A stretch of 46,612 nt of DNA from positions 1 through 46,612 of the forward strand of contig JAKFVC010000133.1 of assembly GCA_021732415.1 (NCBI GenBank). The letters run 5' to 3'. The stretch comes from Planctomycetaceae bacterium. GTDB taxonomy: Bacteria > Planctomycetota > Planctomycetia > Planctomycetales > Planctomycetaceae. How positions within the stretch are numbered: position 1 is the first letter of the stretch; each line of letters opens with the position of its first letter. The position numbers were made by a program, and so were the translations under genes. The notes beneath the pieces are model-generated. The model was not told where the DNA came from. It saw only the letters and a list, made by a program, of their open reading frames with translations, and did no database searches. Positions 43,744-46,612 of the stretch are shown here, one piece after another.

Positions 43744-44997
43744 ATGGAACAGCCGCCAGTCATCTCCGTTTCTCAATTGTCCGACATCCTGCAGGGGGTT
43801 CTGGAAACGGCCTTCCCCTGCGTCTGGGTCTCGGGGGAAATCTCGAACTGCACTCGTGCAGCGTCAGGGCATTATTACCTGACGTTGAAAGACGAGACGG
43901 CTCAAATCCGGGCGGTCATCTGGCGGGGAACTGCCCAGCGTCTGAAGTTTCAGGTCCAGGACGGACTGCAGGTGATCGCCGTCGGACCGATTGAGCTGTA
44001 TGCGGCTCGCGGCACTTATCAGTTGACCATCGAGCAACTGATTCCCCAGGGCCTGGGGCCGCTGGAACTCGCATTTCGCCAATTGCACGACAAGCTGGCG
44101 GCGGAAGGCTTGTTCGAGGCGGCTCGTAAGCGACCACTGCCGAAGTTCCCGCGGACGATTGCCTTGGTGACCAGCCCGACGAGTGCGGCAGTACACGACA
44201 TGCTGCAGGTCATCACTCGTCGCTGGCGGCAGTCAAATATTGTGATTGTTCCGGTCCCCGTTCAAGGGGAAGGAGCCGCGGAGCAGATTGCCGCGGCGCT
44301 GCGGAAGGTGCATCTGATCCCCGAAGTCGACATCGTGATTACCGGCCGCGGCGGAGGCAGTCTGGAGGACCTGTGGGCCTTCAACGAAGAAGTCGTCGCC
44401 CGCGCGATTTTTGACTGCTTGATTCCCGTGATCAGCGCCGTGGGACACGAAATTGACGTGAGTATTTCTGACCTCGTGGCTGACCGGCGGGCACTCACCC
44501 CCAGCGAGGCGGCTGAACTGGTTGTGCCGCATCGCGATGAGATTCGGGCAGAGCTCGATGGACTGCGTGGCCGTTTGACGCGGGCTCTGCAAGGCAAGGC
44601 GGCACGAGCCCGCTGGCAGTTGGAGAGTCTTTCCAATCGTCGAGCATTCACGCATCCTCGCGAGCGGTTGCACGATCAAACGCGGCGGCTGGACGAACTG
44701 ACGGAACGGGCGGTCCGCGCGTGGCGTCAACGAGTGATGTCCGCTCGACAACAAGTGCAGTCGCTGGCGGCACGCATGGATGCTCTTAGCCCATTGCAGA
44801 TCCTCGAGCGAGGCTTTACGTTGACCTTCCACGCTGGGCAACGTTCCCCGCTGAAGCAAGCTGCCGAATTGCGTGTCGGTGATCTTGTTGATACGTTCTT
44901 TCAACAGGGGCAGGTCACCAGCGAAGTCGTCAGTATCCGCCCCGATCAAAGTTTGATTTCGGGCGTTGAATCCGAAATCAATGCTCCCATTGAATAG
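43744..44997 (+). CDS. xseA: Exodeoxyribonuclease VII large subunit
   Basis: N-terminal OB-fold block VWVSGEISNCTRAASGHYYLTLKDETAQIRAVIWRG, a central catalytic region and a C-terminal coiled coil. 417 aa. Confidence 0.9.
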   Translation: MEQPPVISVSQLSDILQGVLETAFPCVWVSGEISNCTRAASGHYYLTLKDETAQIRAVIWRGTAQRLKFQVQDGLQVIAVGPIELYAARGTYQLTIEQLIPQGLGPLELAFRQLHDKLAAEGLFEAARKRPLPKFPRTIALVTSPTSAAVHDMLQVITRRWRQSNIVIVPVPVQGEGAAEQIAAALRKVHLIPEVDIVITGRGGGSLEDLWAFNEEVVARAIFDCLIPVISAVGHEIDVSISDLVADRRALTPSEAAELVVPHRDEIRAELDGLRGRLTRALQGKAARARWQLESLSNRRAFTHPRERLHDQTRRLDELTERAVRAWRQRVMSARQQVQSLAARMDALSPLQILERGFTLTFHAGQRSPLKQAAELRVGDLVDTFFQQGQVTSEVVSIRPDQSLISGVESEINAPIE

Positions 44998-45029
44998 ATG
45001 AACTTTTTCCGCGACTGAGATTTGCCAGT

Positions 45030-45425
45030 ATGTCGACTTCGCCTGAACCAGCGCCGCCCCTCAGCTTTGAAGAAGCTGTTCTTTCCCTCCAGAAAATTGT
45101 TGCCGATCTCGAGGGGGGCACCATCACGCTGGATGAGTCCCTGCGCCGCTTTGAGGAAGGGATTGGCCTGCTGCGGCAGTGTTACCAGTTCCTGGAACGG
45201 GCCGAACAGCGTATCGAGCAGTTGGTGAGCCTGGATGCCCAGGGAAATATCACGCTCGTGCCGTTCGACGCGACGGCGACTGTTGATAAGCAAGCTAAGC
45301 CTGCTGCCAAAGCGGCTAGTAAGAGAACTCCTAAAGCCAAGGAGCCGGAAGTCGCCCCGCCGGCTGTGGAAAAGGCACCGGAAGAGGATGATGATTTGGA
45401 TATTCCGGACAAGCTGTTGTTCTGA
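45030..45425 (+). CDS. xseB: Exodeoxyribonuclease VII small subunit with a ~50-aa Lys/Ala/Pro-rich C-terminal extension
   Basis: LSFEEAVLSLQKIVADLEGGTITLDESLRRFEEGIGLLRQCYQFLERAEQRIEQL is a canonical XseB helix pair. It starts 32 bp after xseA. Confidence 0.85.
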   Translation: MSTSPEPAPPLSFEEAVLSLQKIVADLEGGTITLDESLRRFEEGIGLLRQCYQFLERAEQRIEQLVSLDAQGNITLVPFDATATVDKQAKPAAKAASKRTPKAKEPEVAPPAVEKAPEEDDDLDIPDKLLF

Positions 45426-45483
45426 GTTGGGACGGTTAAGAATCCGGGGGCTTACGCCGCCCCGCTCACCTGGATCGGGGTGA

Positions 45484-46530
45484 GTGCGGCGAGGGGACGC
45501 GATGCAGGAACTTCAAGCAGAAAACACGCTCGACTACTTGCGCAGCCGCGGCGACGTTGCGGACCTCGAGCAGGCACACGTCGAGATGCTCGGCTGGGGT
45601 GTGTCGAATGTCGTGTTGCGAGTCACGCGTCCCGCGGCGGACGACCAGATCATCAAGCAGTCGCGGACGCAGTTGCGGACCAAGACCGAATGGATCAGCC
45701 GGCTGGATCGCATCTATCGCGAAATTGGCATGCTGAGATTGTTGGCCCCGCTGCTGCCGTCCGGAGTGATTCCTCAGGTTCTGTTCGAAGATCGCGACAA
45801 CTATTTGTTCGCGATGGAAGCCTTCCCGGCGGATCACGTCGTCTGGAAGCAGGCTCTGCTGGAAGGCCGGATTGATCTTAGCGTGGCCGACCGGTTGGGG
45901 AGCTATTTGTCGGCGGTCCATTCCCAGACGAGTTATCGTCCCGATCTGGCGTCGGAATGGGGTGATCTGGAAGTCTTCGATCAGTTGCGGCTGGATCCCT
46001 TTTATCGTTATCTCGCGCGGGTCCGTCCCGAAGCCGCCGCGCCTTTGGAAAGACTCGTTGCAGAGAATCTGGCGACGTCGTGTTGCATTGTGCTGGCAGA
46101 CTTCAGTCCGAAGAATATCTTGTTGTCCAGGGATCGTCTGGCTCTGGTGGACTTCGAGACCGGGCACTACGGAGATCCCGCGTTTGATCTCGGTTTTTTC
46201 CTCAGCCACTTGTTACTGAAGGCCGTCCGTGATGTCTCGCAGTTCGAAGCGTTTGCCGACCTGACGCGACATTTCTGGCAGCACTATCGGGCGGGCCTGG
46301 CAAGCGTCGAACAGCATCCGGAGTTTGCGGCGGCGGAACTCTTTCGTCGAACGCAGGGACACCTGGCGGGTTGTATGTGGGCACGTGTGGATGGCAAGAG
46401 TCCTGTCGACTACTTGACCAAGGAAGAGATACGCCAGCAGGTCCGAGATTTCACTCGCGGCTTGTTCGACTCCCCCGCGACCAGTTGGGAGGAAACGTTG
46501 ACGCGCCTGAAGCAGGCGTGTTCAAAGTAG
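45484..46530 (+). CDS. Phosphotransferase-family protein (APH/ChoK-like small-molecule kinase fold)
   Basis: Brenner-type catalytic loop LADFSPKNILL and the LVDFETGHYGDPAFDLGFF activation segment. 348 aa. An alternative start is the Met at 45502. Confidence 0.7.
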   Translation: MRRGDAMQELQAENTLDYLRSRGDVADLEQAHVEMLGWGVSNVVLRVTRPAADDQIIKQSRTQLRTKTEWISRLDRIYREIGMLRLLAPLLPSGVIPQVLFEDRDNYLFAMEAFPADHVVWKQALLEGRIDLSVADRLGSYLSAVHSQTSYRPDLASEWGDLEVFDQLRLDPFYRYLARVRPEAAAPLERLVAENLATSCCIVLADFSPKNILLSRDRLALVDFETGHYGDPAFDLGFFLSHLLLKAVRDVSQFEAFADLTRHFWQHYRAGLASVEQHPEFAAAELFRRTQGHLAGCMWARVDGKSPVDYLTKEEIRQQVRDFTRGLFDSPATSWEETLTRLKQACSK

Positions 46531-46612
46531 CCTTCATCGCTCCGCGTGACGTTAGCCGAGTGCCGAGGGTTTCTTGTATAGATTTAGCTCCCATCGCCCT
46601 GGTACTCCGGGG

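Overview
This is a GC-rich chromosomal segment that looks like Planctomycetota. The call is an inference from the DUF1501 / giant PSCyt-type cytochrome-c-motif gene pair, the LamG-type giant secreted protein and codon style. I support 29 protein-coding genes. They are mostly housekeeping: lysA, aroK-pilD, an M20 amidohydrolase, dnaX-recR, rpoN, xseA-xseB, an SDR, a TlpA redoxin and an SLC13 transporter. Interleaved are Planctomycete-specific genes: a GntR + PSCyt/DUF + DUF1501 operon and a LamG giant protein. I could not recognise any rRNA, tRNA, CRISPR array or transposase by eye. The unusual content falls into four groups. (1) A two-gene module: a BatA-like protein (double-TM anchor + VWA) followed by a 1487-aa membrane-anchored protein whose central ~800 residues are an extreme K/P/G/E/Q/D low-complexity region. 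A perfect 23-bp stem-loop separates the two genes. (2) A continuous ORF fusing a P1B-type (CPC) heavy-metal ATPase to a C-terminal SPFH (HflK/HflC-like) domain. (3) A bacterial DRG-like GTPase with a TGS domain and degenerate G3/G4 motifs. (4) A dense set of structured intergenic repeats: three sequence families of palindromic REP-like elements (4, 2 and 1.5 copies), a 261-bp MITE-like element with perfect 29-bp terminal inverted repeats, and a class of long hairpins whose arms are built from 2-4 iterations of a 6-8 nt word. All functional calls rest on motif recognition by eye. I ran no database searches.
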